From Eledone cirrhosa (Eukaryota): a stretch of 64,000 nucleotides of DNA. The translations under genes were made by a program, and so were the position numbers. Under the pieces are notes generated by a model that was given only the letters and a program-made list of their open reading frames with translations, did no database searches and was not told the DNA's origin. The stretch spans positions 61,070,001 through 61,134,000 of the forward strand of contig OZ024746.1 of assembly GCA_964016885.1 (NCBI GenBank), read 5' to 3'. Shown here piece after piece: positions 1 through 12,679 of this stretch; within the stretch, counting starts at the first letter, position 1; the number at the start of each line of letters is the position of its first letter.

Positions 1-230
1 AATCGGCCGGGTGCACCGAAAACGATAAACGGAAAAAATGAAACGATATTTCATTTCCCACTCTTAGTACGGCTGTTACTTAAATATAAGTATGTACACG
101 TACATACATATATGTATACCGACGTACAGTAGTATGTATATATATATATATATACATACATGCACACATATATATATGCACGTATGGATTCACCGAACAT
201 TTATTATAATGCTCGGTGTGTACGTGTAGT

Positions 231-1100
231 AGTAGTGCTAAGTTTAATATTCTGATCGCAGATTTGGTACGAGTGATGAAGAATGTGTCCAGCATGTGCG
301 ACCCAACAGAAATGGAAAGACACATCCAACACTTCATCAACTGCATGCAGTTCTCTGGCTACAACCAAAGAGACAGAGTTAGAGTATATGAAGGAGCCAT
401 GGAAAAGTATAAGACCCTCATAGAACTGGACATGAAAGGAATTTGCCCACTATACAGGAGCAAATCATGGAATAGCTTAGATAGGGCTAGACATAAGATA
501 GGGAAGGCCACATCATGGTACGACAACCAGAGATATCAGAGTGTCATGTTTGTGGACGCCACCCCTGGAGGGAAATTAGCTAACCAGTGTAGAAAGGCCC
601 TGAGAAAGACCCACTTAAAAATAAAGGTGGTAGAAAAGCCAGGAACCACCATAAAATCCCTGATCAGCAAAACCTACCCTTTTAAGAAAACCCACTGTAC
701 CAATAGGAAATGTATCATATGTAAGATGAACCCCCGGATAAACTGTAAAACTAGAAACGTAGTCTATAGCATAAGATGTACAGAGGGTACTTGCAGAAAC
801 ATGACAACAACATACATAGGTGAGACAGCTCGTAGCATAGGTGAAAGGATAGACCAACACTGGGGGGAACTAAAAGGACGAAAAAACGGGTCAGTACTAT
901 ACGAACATGCTAGACAACAACATGACGGTAACATAGACAACATAGAAATTAGAATAATATCTAAACATAGGAATGACCCAGCAGATAGGCAAATCAGAGA
1001 GGCCAGTGAAATAGAAATTAGAAGACCAAAGCTAAACAGAAAGAATGAGTGGAACAACAACAACACCCAAACAAACAACACTGACCTAAGAGAAGTATAA
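231..1100 (+). pseudogene. C-terminal part of PLE ORF with GIY-YIG endonuclease
   Basis: ORF 216..1100 contains CTNRKCIIC, VVYSIRC...YIGETARSIGERIDQH, VLYEH and RQIREA...PKLN. Near identical to the C-terminus of 52175..54220. Confidence 0.9.
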
Positions 1101-1377
1101 ATAAGTAAATAAAATAAAATAAAATAAGATAAATAAATACATACACAAGCACAATAACAACAAGCACATAAACACACACTAGTCACCCAGCAGACACAAC
1201 ACTATACACACTAGTCACACAGCACACATAACACTATGCACACACGCAAACGCATGCGCAAAGAAGACAAAATAAAATAAGATAAACAAACAAGCAAATA
1301 AATAAATAAATATATAGACAGACTGAATAAAAAATGGCGTTGACATACAACACAACAGGAGGAACAAAGAATATAAC

Positions 1378-1420
1378 ACCACTGACGATGTTGCAGATGT
1401 GCAACGAAAGATTTATGTAA
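1378..1420 (+). ncRNA. Minimal type I hammerhead ribozyme motif in pLTR
   Basis: CTGACGA-T-GTTGCA-GATG-TGCAAC-GAAA-GATTTA, the same core as at 50342 and 54481. Stem I is weaker in this copy. Confidence 0.7.
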
Positions 1421-1631
1421 ATTATGTAAACTATATATATGTGTTTGTGTCTATATTGTATCTGTATTATTTTTGACCGTCGGTCAGTCAATGGCAACAT
1501 TGAGGACCGAGTAAGTTAGATCGCAGATATATATATATAAAAGACAGCGAGAAGCGAAAACCAACCAAACAGTGAGTGTGTTCTGTTATTAATTCTGGCA
1601 ATATTACGCAAATATGACCCTCACCAAGTAT

Positions 1632-1697
<66 letters not shown>

Positions 1698-1707
1698 TAT
1701 TTATTGT

Positions 1708-1753
<46 letters not shown>

Positions 1754-1882
1754 TATTCATGTTCATACACGGAACAATATATATGTATACACACTCACAC
1801 ACACATGCACACATGCACGCACACGCACACACACACATGCACGCACATACATATATACATATATATACATATTATTTGTTTT

Positions 1883-1914
<32 letters not shown>

Positions 1915-2207
1915 TATACATATATATACATATATATATATATATATACATATATATATACATACATATATTATTTCTCAATATGTCTCACTGTTTTGTT
2001 GCCGAATCTCTTGTAATTAACAGTTGAAAAAGTGTTTTCGAATTCCTGTTTTGCATTTTTCTGCTATAAATACTCTCACTTTTCAATGTCGCCGCCCTCC
2101 TATATCCTTCAGACTTCATATGCCATTGTAAAATTGGGGTTAGGTGGTATCTGTTTGAAGAAAAAGCCGGTGTAGTTAGATAAGATTTATTTCGAAAACT
2201 TAGATAA

Positions 2208-2400
2208 TAATTGTTTCTACTTTTTGGCACAAGGCCAGCAAATTACCCAGTACATTACTGGTACTTTATTTTATCGACCCCGTAAGGATGAAAGGCAAAG
2301 TTAACCTCGACGGGATTTGAACTCAGACCGTAAAGGGACGTAACTATGCCGGAAAGCATGGCGTCCGACCCGCTACCGATACTGCCAATTCACCGCCCTA
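2208..2400 (-). mobile_element. tRNA-derived SINE (family 1)
   Basis: Reverse strand reads GGGCGGTGAATTGGCAGTATCGG (A box), GAGTTCAAATCCC (B box), then CTTTGCCTTTCATCC...GGTCGATAAAATAAAGTACCAG. Many copies in the window. Confidence 0.85.
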
Positions 2401-3239
2401 CTTAGATAATAATGCTGTTGGAATCCGTTGTGGTCGAGGAAAATGCGTACCAGATTTTGAAAGCCGCCTTTTGCTTGATAATGCTGATAATTTTAATGAT
2501 GGAATGGAATATTACACCCCAGACATTATACATAGACTAGAGTGATAAACCAGAGTTCTGATCTAGAGACACACAGAGCCAAGATGATTGGAGAGGTTGG
2601 AGAGACAATTCTAGTTTGAGAATGAGTACTGAAGTAGATTATCCAGCTCTATGAAATGAATATATTTCAACACTGAGAGTCTAATGAAGTACACATCAGT
2701 TTTACAATGTTTCTATGCCTATCATAGCGAGATGTTCTGACTTTGCCGTTGATACTTATTTTCAGCTAAGTGAACAAGATGGCCGATTTCATAGTTAGTG
2801 ACTTCGATACAGAAACAATCATATGCCAGTGATACTGCATAACTTGAGGACTCCTTGACTGCTTGTCATTTACAATATCTATATTGTCTGTCTTTGTCAA
2901 AGATGAATAATTATAACATGGCACCGTCCCTCTTACCCTTAAATATGTTCTGTGGGAAGGAATAAATCACAGTTGGTTTTGTTGTTTTTGAATAGTTCCA
3001 GGTAAGCTCTCGGCCTATACAAAACCTATAGTTCAGGATATGCCATAGCTCCGTTTGTTGAGGACCACAGTTTACAATCTGATAAACAGTGGTTAAATTG
3101 TACGTGGAGCAGGTTTACAGTAGCGATATGTTTAATATTCTTTTCTGATAAGTCTATGTATGTCTTTCTGTTGCTGTCGATGCTCTTCAAATTCTTTTCT
3201 TTCTTCTCGTGTTGTTGTTCTTGACAGAGGTGGTGTACA

Positions 3240-3480
3240 TCAATATACACTCTTGACAGGTGCAATGTGTCCGAACACGGAAGAGCCAAACTCCCACCAT
3301 CATCGCCCCCATCTCTCTCGCCCTCCCCATCTCTCTGTATAGTGAGCAAATGGGGTCCCACGTGCTGGCCGCCCCCACAGCCTCGGCGGACAGAATGGAG
3401 AAGGCGTTTCCCCGGGAGGATGGCAAGGGAGATGCGTTGGAAGAGCCACTTCATCTCGCGTTGACCCTGAATCAACCCTG
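3240..3480 (-). mobile_element. Degenerate 3' end of CRE-like non-LTR retrotransposon
   Basis: Minus translation REMKWLFQRISLAI..GNAFSILS resembles the LFQRxSxAxxRGNA C-terminus of CRE-clade ORFs. Homologous to 17965-18215. Confidence 0.55.
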
Positions 3481-4813
3481 AGTGGACAGACATATAATGA
3501 AGGGCATTGAAGCCGTGAATATCTCGCTTTGAGAGAGTTTCTAGGACTACATTATCGAATATGTTCTCCCCATTTCAAAGATGAGATAGTGTAATTTGAA
3601 GAAGATTTAGTTGCTGTTTATAGTAGGTCGAGCAGATGCATAGAGACATAACCCATTAGCCCATAAGAAAGCTGCATGCGTGTCTCATGACTAGAGGGAT
3701 CATAATCCCGGTGTTATTGGCGTTAAACGACTGATAGAACATGACTCTACCTTCGACACGACGTCGGTTAGTTGTAGTTTTAATTCGCAGCTGCTACTAG
3801 TAATACGTTTTTCATTTGAGTGCACTGGAACAACTTCAAATAAAGTGTCTTGCTCAAGAAGTTGAACATATGATTATAAGTTCAATATCATAACTACTGT
3901 GGTTACCCGCCTTCCGGTTGATAATATTGGAACTACTGTATTATGACACATACACACATATATATATATAATATATACATATATATATATATATACATAC
4001 ACACATATGCACTCACACACACACACATATTTATATATATAGAGAGAGAAAGAGAGAAGGTGAGATTGGAAATAGCACGGAAAATATATTTAAGGGTGTT
4101 CCCCCCCTCCCCCCTTCTTTGATTCGTCAAAGTAATTATTCGTCAAAGTAATATTGAAAAATGAGAGGGACAATTTTTTTTAAAAAAGAGTTTTATACTG
4201 TATATAAAGTATATAAAGTATATAAAGTATAAAAAGTTTACCGGTTTCGATGTATAAGTAAAATTCATCTTATCAAATGTTGAGTATTACAATTAAAAAG
4301 AATTAATAAGAATTAAAAGCTAAAAATTAAAGATTTAAAATTAAGTGTTGAGGCAAGTTTTTTTTTCATCTTCCTTGTTGAGAAGGAGACTGGAAAAATG
4401 AACTCTTGTGTATATAGAGAGAGGTGTAGTCATGATAGTAGCAACAGCAGTGGTGGTAGTTGTGTTTTTCACACAAAACAAAATTGTTATATATACATTT
4501 ATTATTACTATTATTATCATTCTTTTTGTTGTTGACTGTTTACTTTGAGGTTACGACAATGTCCTCGGCTTATCAAAAGTGTTTTGATAAGCCAGTAACG
4601 TCGGTGAAACTTTGAAGTAAACAGCATTAATGAAAAATATTATATTGACTATATGTACTGTATATGAGTGTTTACTTTAGTACGTTCTATCTGTTTATTA
4701 CACAATCCCCCAAAACAACAACTCATACACACACATATGGCATGTGATGATACAATATTAGAATGTGTGAAAATATATGTTCGTATATACATACATACAC
4801 ACATACATCCATC

Positions 4814-4861
<48 letters not shown>

Positions 4862-5005
4862 CCAACTTACATCTTCACACAGTATTTTTGTGTCATCACA
4901 TGAAGTTATTTTAATTTCCTACTGTTTCCATCAGTTATAATAATACGCTGTTTCTGTACATACATACACACACACACGCACACGCACAGAAACACACACA
5001 CACAC

Positions 5006-5087
<82 letters not shown>

Positions 5088-5139
5088 GTGTGTGTGTGTC
5101 TGCGTGTGTGTGTATAAAAGGCAAACAGAAATAACAAAG

Positions 5140-5290
5140 CAAACGACTCAGTACAATGAAGAAATACATCATTAGGTTTACATTTGATATAGTAGGAAAA
5201 GAGTCGTAAAGTTTCGGACGCTAGTCCTTCATCAGGAAATAGAATGACAAATTAAAGGAGAAATAAAAGATTGAGGAGACGGGCAGTGGC
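5140..5290 (-). mobile_element. PLE-type pLTR remnant with HHR motif (core 5205-5238)
   Basis: Reverse strand CTGATGA-AGGAC-TAGC-GTCC-GAAAC-TTTA. Homologous to 10470-10620. Confidence 0.7.
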
Positions 5291-5372
5291 AGAAACGACA
5301 TTTTTTTTAGAGAAAAAACAAACAGGTCTATTCAAGTTGCCATATCTAGGAAAACAGTTGATATCTGTCTGT

Positions 5373-5552
<180 letters not shown>

Positions 5553-5879
5553 ATACACACACACACACACACGCATCAATGCAATGCACTTCCTATCTCA
5601 ATCATGTTGCCACATTAAGAAGTACGCCTTCCTATCACATAGTCATGGGTTATAACCTTACGTTTGTCACGTTTGTCAATAGTTATTTCCCCAAAGTTAC
5701 TCATACATTTAATTCTGTATGTCATGTGTATGTATACCCAGAACATTTATGTAATTACGTTCTAGAAATATATTATTGAAATATCATTCATATCTTTAAT
5801 CACTTCCGCGTGCCAATAATCAACATAAACTATACGGCGTCTCTTATGCAAATCCTTAATTTATCAAAACACAAATTAC

Positions 5880-6088
5880 CTAGTTTGTATGGTTGTTCAT
5901 ATATCTGGCAATCCTGGTATATAGAGCATACCAAAAGTTAAATATGCTCAATGCTATTATTGCTGCCATTATTAAAAGCACTAGTACACTAGTATAATAG
6001 AGAAGTTTACATTCTTTGTGTGGTGAGAAGTAAGTATTTATTGTTCGATGTAAGGCATAATGAAAAAGATCGAACTCTGTTAAAGTTT
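5880..6088 (-). CDS. Putative last coding exon with a transmembrane helix (gene not identified)
   Basis: Acceptor TTTTACTAATTTCAG, then an open phase-1 frame ETLTEFDLFHYALHRTINTYFSPHKECKLLYYTSVLVLLIMAAIIALSIFNFWYALYTRIARYMNNHTN-stop, followed directly by GTAATT. Confidence 0.45.
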
Positions 6089-6096
6089 CTGAAATT

Positions 6097-7340
6097 AGTA
6101 AAATTAGCTGCAAAGTTAAGCCCGTTCTGAGCGGAGTGATCGCTAATAAGACTGTTTGAGTCAGCAGTAAAATTAGCTGCAAAGTTAAGCCCGTCCTGAG
6201 AGGAGTGATCGCTAATAAGACTGTTTGAGTCAGCAGTAAAATTAGCTGTAAAGTTAAGCCCGTCCTGAGAGAAGCGATCGCTAATAAGACTGTTTGAGTC
6301 AGCAGTAAAATTAGCTGCAAAGTTAAGCCTGTCCTGAGAGGAGCGATCGCTAATAAGACTGTTTGAGTCAGCAGTAAAATTAGCTGTAAAGTTAAGCCCG
6401 TTCTGAGATGAGTGATCGCTAATAAGACTGTTTGAGTCAGCAGTAAAATTAGCTGTAAAGTTAAGCCCGTCCTGAGAGGAGTGATCGCTAATAAGACTGT
6501 TTGAGTCAGCAGTAAAATTAGCTGTAAAGTTAGCCCGTCCTGAGAGGAGTGATCGCTAATAAGACTGTTTGAGTCAGTAGTAAATTTAGCTGCAAAGTTA
6601 AGCCCGTCCTGAGAGGAGCGATCGCTAATAAGACTGTTTGAGTCAGCAGTAAATTTAGCTGTAAAGTTAAGCCCGTCCTGAGAGGAGCGATCGCTAATAA
6701 GACTGTTTAAGTCAGCAGAAAATTTAGCTGCAAAGTTAAGCCCGTCCTGAGAGGAGCGATCGCTAATAAGACTGTTTGAGTCAGTAGTAAATTTAGCTGC
6801 AAAGTTAAGCCCGTCCTGAGAGGAGCGATCGCTAATAAGACTGTTTGAGTCAGCAGTAAATTTAGCTGCAAAGTTAAGCCCGTCCTGAGAGGAGCGATCG
6901 CTAATAAGACTGTTTGAGTCAGCAGTAAAATTAGCTGCAAAGTTAAGCCCGTCCTGAGAGGAGCGATCGCTAATAAGACTGTTTGAGTCAGCAGTAAAAT
7001 TAGCTGTAAAGTTAAGCCCGTCCTGAGAGGAGTGATCGCTAATAAGACTGTTTGAGTCAGCAGTAAAATTAGCTGTAAAGTTAAGCCCGTCCTGAGAGGA
7101 GTGATCGCTAATAAGACTGTTTGAGTCAGCAGTAAAATTAGCTGCAAAGTTAAGCCCGTCCTGAGAGGAGTGATCGCTAATAAGACTGTTTGAGTCAGCA
7201 GTAAAATTAGCTGTAAAGTTAAGCCCGTCCTGAGAGGAGTGATCGCTAATAAGACTGTTTGAGTCAGCAGTAAAATTAGCTGTCAAGTCAAGCCCGTCCT
7301 GAGAGGAGTGATCGCTAATAAGACTGTCTGAGTCAGCAGT
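6097..7340. repeat. 69-bp tandem minisatellite, ~18 copies
   Basis: Unit AGTAAAATTAGCTGCAAAGTTAAGCCCGTCCTGAGAGGAGTGATCGCTAATAAGACTGTTTGAGTCAGC. No spacers. One 1-bp deletion near 6531. Confidence 0.97.
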
Positions 7341-8263
7341 TATTTACTGTAGACGAAGGGCGTATTAAATAGCTTAACCACAAATGAGGGTATGTGAGGT
7401 CACAGTCATGTGACTGAGTGTTTTGTCAGACAGCCGGTGGCTTAAAAGGCGTCAGAGATGTTCCTTTATGTAGTAAGAAATAGATGTGTCTGTGGGGTAA
7501 GTGTGGCACTTATGTGGGTATATGATAATTATGACAATTTAATGAGAGGCATTACATGTTCAATCCTGAGCAAAATATGTGTCCAGAGAATGTTTTCAAT
7601 TCATTACATCACAATTTCATATTTTGTATTACTTTTTATTCATTTTCCCATCGTGTGTTTTGATCTTCATAAAGCTCAGAATGAAAGTTCAAATCTAGTT
7701 AAAGCTAAGTATTCTATATTGAAGAGCATAATACTAAAAACTAATATTTTTCTAAATGCAAATACAGAATAATAAGTTTTACTGAATTCAAACTTTCACC
7801 TTATGCTTTACGCTGAAAAAATAAAATACTTATAACCCTCCCATTAAAACGTAAACCATTTTACGGTAGGAAAAGAAAATAGCATGTTACATAACCAAAA
7901 AAAATACTACTTTATGGGCAGAAAAAAAAACTTAAATCTCTTTCTGAATCTGAAATTAGACATACGAATTGTTGATCGCCTTGAAACAGCTTTTGGCTGA
8001 TGGTCAAAGATAGATTCTGCCTATGTGGCAGAATAACTTTATTGTTCATAAACAAACATTAAACGTAAGCGCAAACACTGTTCACAGAAACAATCACAGA
8101 CAGACAAACACACTCACGCACGCACGCGCGCACACACACACACACACACACATGATGGATCCCTTCATAGTTTCGGTTCTACCAAATTTCCCTCACAAAG
8201 TATTGGTCAACCAAAGGCTATAGAAGACTCTTTTCAAAGGTACCACATAGTAGGTATGGTATT

Positions 8264-9065
8264 GTATGGTCCCGTAACTCCTGATAGAGTCGTAAGGGCG
8301 CCGTATTGAAATATGGCGTTTCTTGGGCATTTTAAGCCTGACGGAGCCCATCCCTCTCCAGGCCCGAGTACAGCAGATTTCTTGGGTATTTTAAGCCTGA
8401 CGGAGCCCATCCCTCTCCAGGCCCGAGTACAGCAGATTTCTTGGGCATTTTAAGCCTGACGGAGCCCATCCCTCTCCAGGCCCGAGTACAGCAGATTTCT
8501 TGGGTATTTTAAGCCTGACGGAGCCCATCCCTCTCCAGGCCCGAGTACAGCAGATTTCTTGGGCATTTTAAGCCTGACGGAGCCCCTCCCTCTCCAGGCC
8601 CGAGTACAGCAGATTTCTTGGGCATTTTAAGCCTGACGGAGCCCATCCCTCTCCAGGCCCGAGTACAGCAGATTTCTTGGGCATTTTAAGCCTGACGGAG
8701 CCCCTCCCTCTCCAGGCCCGAGTACAGCAGATTTCTTGGGCATTTTAAGCCTGACGGAGCCCATCCCTCTCCAGGCCCGAGTACAGCAGATTTCTTGGGC
8801 ATTTTAAGCCTGACGGAGCCCATCCCTCTCCAGGCCCGAGTACAGCAGATTTTTTCCAGAGAAAGATAGAAAGTGAGAGAGAAAGAGAAATGAGAAAGGG
8901 ATATAGAGGAAGAACCCCCCCCCCCCCAGTACAAGATTGGTACTTTTTTTTAGGATGAAAGCAAAGTTGACCTCGGTGGGATTTGAAGTCAGAGAGCAGA
9001 GAGTCAGAACGAATAATATAAAGCATTTTATCTGACGACGTTCTAAGGACTCTGTCAGTTCTCTA
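8264..9065 (-). mobile_element. SINE copy with internally amplified 3' region
   Basis: Flanks GTATGGTCCCGT.ACTCCTG... and AGGATGAAAG.CAAAGTTGACCTCGGTGGGATTTGAA match the unamplified copy at 44421-44712. Confidence 0.75.
8320..8850. repeat. 59-bp tandem array, 9 copies, SINE-derived
   Basis: Unit TTCTTGGGCATTTTAAGCCTGACGGAGCCCATCCCTCTCCAGGCCCGAGTACAGCAGAT. A single unit occurs at ~44477-44535. Confidence 0.96.
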
Positions 9066-9199
9066 CCTACCACATAGTAGGACTTAACCCGAAACAACGT
9101 AGGTGCGAAGCGAATTCCTTAACTACGTAGTTGTGTGCTTTGCTATATTTTTTGGGTTTAAGAGCTTTGTTATGAATCGCATAATTCATGGCAGATATA

Positions 9200-9394
9200 C
9201 AGACCTGTCAACTCTCCCCGTCGTACAGGGAGATCTCCCACCCACTTAGGGGTGGGTAGAGATGTCTTTTCTTGTGAAAAAGGGTATAGCTTTCATTTTG
9301 TAAAATCTCCCCATTTTGCCCCATTTCTCTCCATTTTGGGGGTACTTTTTTTCATGGCGCTCCCCGTTTGGGTTTTTAGAGGTTGGCAGGTCTG
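9200..9394. mobile_element. MITE with 13-bp TIR and apparent 6-bp TSD
   Basis: GATATA|CAGACCTGTCAAC ... GTTGGCAGGTCTG|GATATA. Confidence 0.75.
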
Positions 9395-10225
9395 GATATA
9401 TCTAACGTATTGTTTGTACATTAGTTATGTTTATATGCCAAATGTAGTGCATGCTTGTGCTCTGTTTTAATTCTTTAACCAAATCATCTGTTATTCTGTG
9501 CGAGCTGTTAGTTACTGTTGCAGGAGTTGCCAGTATTTCTGTCTTTTGTGAATGTAATATGTTTATGTTACTGAGTGTGACGGCTGTTTATAATTATATT
9601 TGTCAGGCGTTTGTTTCCGATTGTTGTTTTGGTGCAATGTTGATAGGTGGTTGATGTAGTGTTGAAGAAATTGTGCAATTGTGTCTGGGGAGTGGTGAGA
9701 AGATGCGACTTGAGGATTTCCATGTATCAGTGTATGTAAAGGAAAGACATGTAAATACAAATTAAATGGGTTGGATGAAAGGATGGATTCTTGTTGAATT
9801 CTTTTCGAGAAATTGCAGATTCCGCACTTGTTGTTGTTTTATATTAACACAAGTGAGCCAGCGCCGTCAAAATTAATGGCGATTCACACGTATATTAAAC
9901 TGTGCATGACTTATGCGAAAGAATCTGAGAAAAAGTCTAAGGAGTTTAAAACCCCGACAACAGATTAATTGAAGTGGAAGAGAGGGGAGGTTTTCTAGAT
10001 GGATTGATAGCTGGTCACTGAAATTCTTTTAAATATATGTCGTTAGGAAATCAGATATCAATATAATATTGTTATTTTTGCCTTATCTACCTTTCTTACC
10101 CTGTGTCTCCCCGACCTCTGTCGTTCTTTCACTCTCTCTGGCTATGAAAAGTATATTTTATTACACATTATATCATCATTTCTATTTGCGTCCTCTCTCA
10201 CCATAATACTAGACCGTCTATGAGG

Positions 10226-10286
<61 letters not shown>

Positions 10287-10365
10287 TGTTACTAAAGTCG
10301 TAAGAGTGAGAAAGAGGGGGGGGGGAGTGAAAGCGAAATAGATAGATAAATAAATAAATATAAAT

Positions 10366-10458
<93 letters not shown>

Positions 10459-10504
10459 TATTCCAAACCGCCCGTCTCTTCAATCGATCTAATTTCTCAT
10501 TCTT

Positions 10505-10540
10505 TCTTCTGATGAAGGATTAGCGTCCGAAACGTTAAGA
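10505..10540 (+). ncRNA. Minimal type I hammerhead ribozyme in a pLTR remnant (10470-10620)
   Basis: TCTT-CTGATGA-A-GGA-TTAGCG-TCC-GAA-ACGT-T-AAGA. Stem I TCTT/AAGA, palindromic stem III ACGT. Confidence 0.8.
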
Positions 10541-10652
10541 CCCTCTTCCTGCTATTTCAAGCGTTAACCTAATATATTCATTACATATACTGTACCGATT
10601 GTGTTTTTTCTTTTACTTTTTACATACATATATATATATATATATATATACA

Positions 10653-10753
10653 CAGGGTGTGTCCTCATAAAATGTATACATACTTCAAAAACATTCTCTA
10701 ATAAATATTGCCTGTAAGGTAATCAAAGTATGTATACATTGTTTTGGGACACC

Positions 10754-10756
<3 letters not shown>
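10653..10756. mobile_element. Tc1/mariner-type MITE
   Basis: CAGGGTGTGTCC...AATGTATACATACTT and AAGTATGTATACATT...GGACACCCTG inverted ends, set in (TA)n. Confidence 0.7.
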
Positions 10757-10809
<53 letters not shown>

Positions 10810-10815
<6 letters not shown>

Positions 10816-11098
10816 TAATAAAATAATGAATAAACAAAGAAACAGTTCCTTATATTAAAAAAATTAATCATTTTACGATCGTTTCTAGGATATATGTGTT
10901 AGAGTTGGTATGCATATTCTATAGATCTATGTACAATATTTATACAAACTATCAGAGTTTGTATAAATATTGTACATAGATCTATAGAATATGCATACCA
11001 ACTCTAACACATATATATCCTAGAAACGATCGTAAAATGATGAATTTTTTTAATATAAGGAACTGTTTCTTTGTTTATTCATTATTTTATTAATTTAT
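10810..11098. repeat. Near-perfect fold-back palindrome (~140-bp arms, ~5-nt loop), probable PLE pLTR remnant
   Basis: 10810-10950 is the reverse complement of 10956-11098. The arms contain GAAACGATCGTA (HHR 3' half with palindromic stem III). Confidence 0.9.
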
Positions 11099-11252
11099 CT
11101 TGACTCTGTTTTCCGTTTATTTTTCACCGAAAGTAGTTTTTGAATGCATCTTCTCTTTTCATGATATCCGGATTACATTGAGTTCTTCATACGGATTGGA
11201 CACTACCGTAAACTTTTGGTAGATTTATCTACATATATATATATATATATAT

Positions 11253-11867
11253 TTCGTTTCTGAATTTGTTTAGCAAGATTCTTTATCTGAAATCGTGTGT
11301 TGAAACCGATATTGTTATACTTTGGGAGGGCCATGTTGCCAATAAGAAACACACGCACCAGTTGCTTTCACTTCAATTTATTATATATTTATAAATTTAT
11401 AAATTTACAAATCTACAAACTTATAAATTTCTGGTTGGTTGGTTGGTTCCACAACCAGATAGTTGTTTATATATATAGTCATAGTCCTTTCGTCACACAC
11501 TCTGTGACCTCTTCAGTGACTTGGGATTCCTTTCTTCGTTTCTGTGCCTTTTCTTTCTTCTATCCTACGCCATTTTGTTTCTGTGTGTGTCACACACACA
11601 GAAACAAAATGGCGTAGGACAGAAGAAAGGAAAGGCACAGAAACAAAGAAAGGAATCCCCAGTCACTGAAGAGGTCACAGAGTGTGTGACGAAAGGACTA
11701 TGACTATATATAAACAACTATCTGGTTGTGGAACCAACCAACCAACCAGAAATTTATAGGTTTGTAGATTTGTAAATTTATAAATTTATAAATATATAAT
11801 AAATTGAAGTGAAAGCAACTGGTGCGTGTGTTTCTTATTGGCAACATGGCCCTCCCAAAGTATAACA

Positions 11868-11871
<4 letters not shown>
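11253..11871. mobile_element. Head-to-head inverted PLE pLTR pair (near-perfect palindrome centred ~11590) with an HHR on each arm
   Basis: Arms 11309-11590 and 11591-11871. HHR AGTCA-CTGAAGA-GGTCAC-AGAGTGT-GTGAC-GAAA-GGAC-TA-TGACT at 11661-11705, mirrored at 11477-11521. The left tail encodes MALPKYNNIGFNTRFQIKNLAKQIQKR, homologous to the ORF start MTLPKYNNICFDTRFHIKNLAKQIHRR at 50572. Confidence 0.92.
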
Positions 11872-11890
<19 letters not shown>

Positions 11891-11898
<8 letters not shown>

Positions 11899-12015
11899 TT
11901 GGTTTGCTGAAAATTTAAATAAGTGACATTGTCACTACTTTAAAACAATAGCGTATGGTCTTCAAAATGCTTTTAATTAAGCATACAGTGTATTGCAAAA
12001 TACACTATATATACA

Positions 12016-12030
<15 letters not shown>
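11891..12030. repeat. Fragment of the repeat family found at 35583-36236
   Basis: Shares TTTGCTGAAAATT...GTCACTACT.TAAAACAATAGCGTA.GGTCTTC.AAATGCTTTTAATTAAGCATACAGTGTATTGCAAAATACAC. Confidence 0.75.
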
Positions 12031-12060
<30 letters not shown>

Positions 12061-12072
12061 GGTGTCACAAAA

Positions 12073-12171
<99 letters not shown>

Positions 12172-12364
12172 TACGCTCTGAAAAAACAAATATATATACC
12201 TACAAATACACGATGCATATTATTTTGGATGCGACACAATAAGTAGTTTGGTTGGGAGAATTTAATGTTGCTTATTAATGTTTTGTGCATGAATAAATAG
12301 CGTAGGATGGAGTCAAAGGCTTTGCTAATTTCTATGGTTGTTAGAATAGTGTGTATGAGTGTGA

Positions 12365-12403
<39 letters not shown>

Positions 12404-12679
12404 TGTGTGTGCCTATGCGTGCGTGTGCCTATACGTGCGTGTGCGCCTGTGTGTAGAAGGCATCAGATATTTTTAATGTAATGTTTGTGAGCAGCGGTTT
12501 GAATCGGTATTGTCATTTGATCCGAGGAGTGTGTGGGTTAGTTATATTAAAGAGGAGTCTTTCTAAATATTTCGAGGGTGTTCAAGTTTGAGTTGAAAGG
12601 TTTATACAATACTGGGATAGGAGCTGATCTCTGTTTGAATCCAGAAACATCCAAGTGAACACCATAAATAAATATCAAT

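Larger units (their letters stand above)
231..1638 (+). mobile_element. 5'-truncated Penelope-like element (RT thumb, GIY-YIG, pLTR with HHR, ORF-start tail), same family as 49799-54778
   Basis: From AGTAGTGCTAAGTTTAAT (231) the sequence matches 53351 onward. It ends in ATGACCCTCACCAAGTATAACAATA (the ORF start) running into (TA)n. Confidence 0.93.

Noticed and set aside
5880-7286. 468-aa ORF as one protein
   Set aside because: It starts at a non-ATG codon in the array and switches repeat frame at a 1-bp deletion. Only 5880-6088 looks exon-like.
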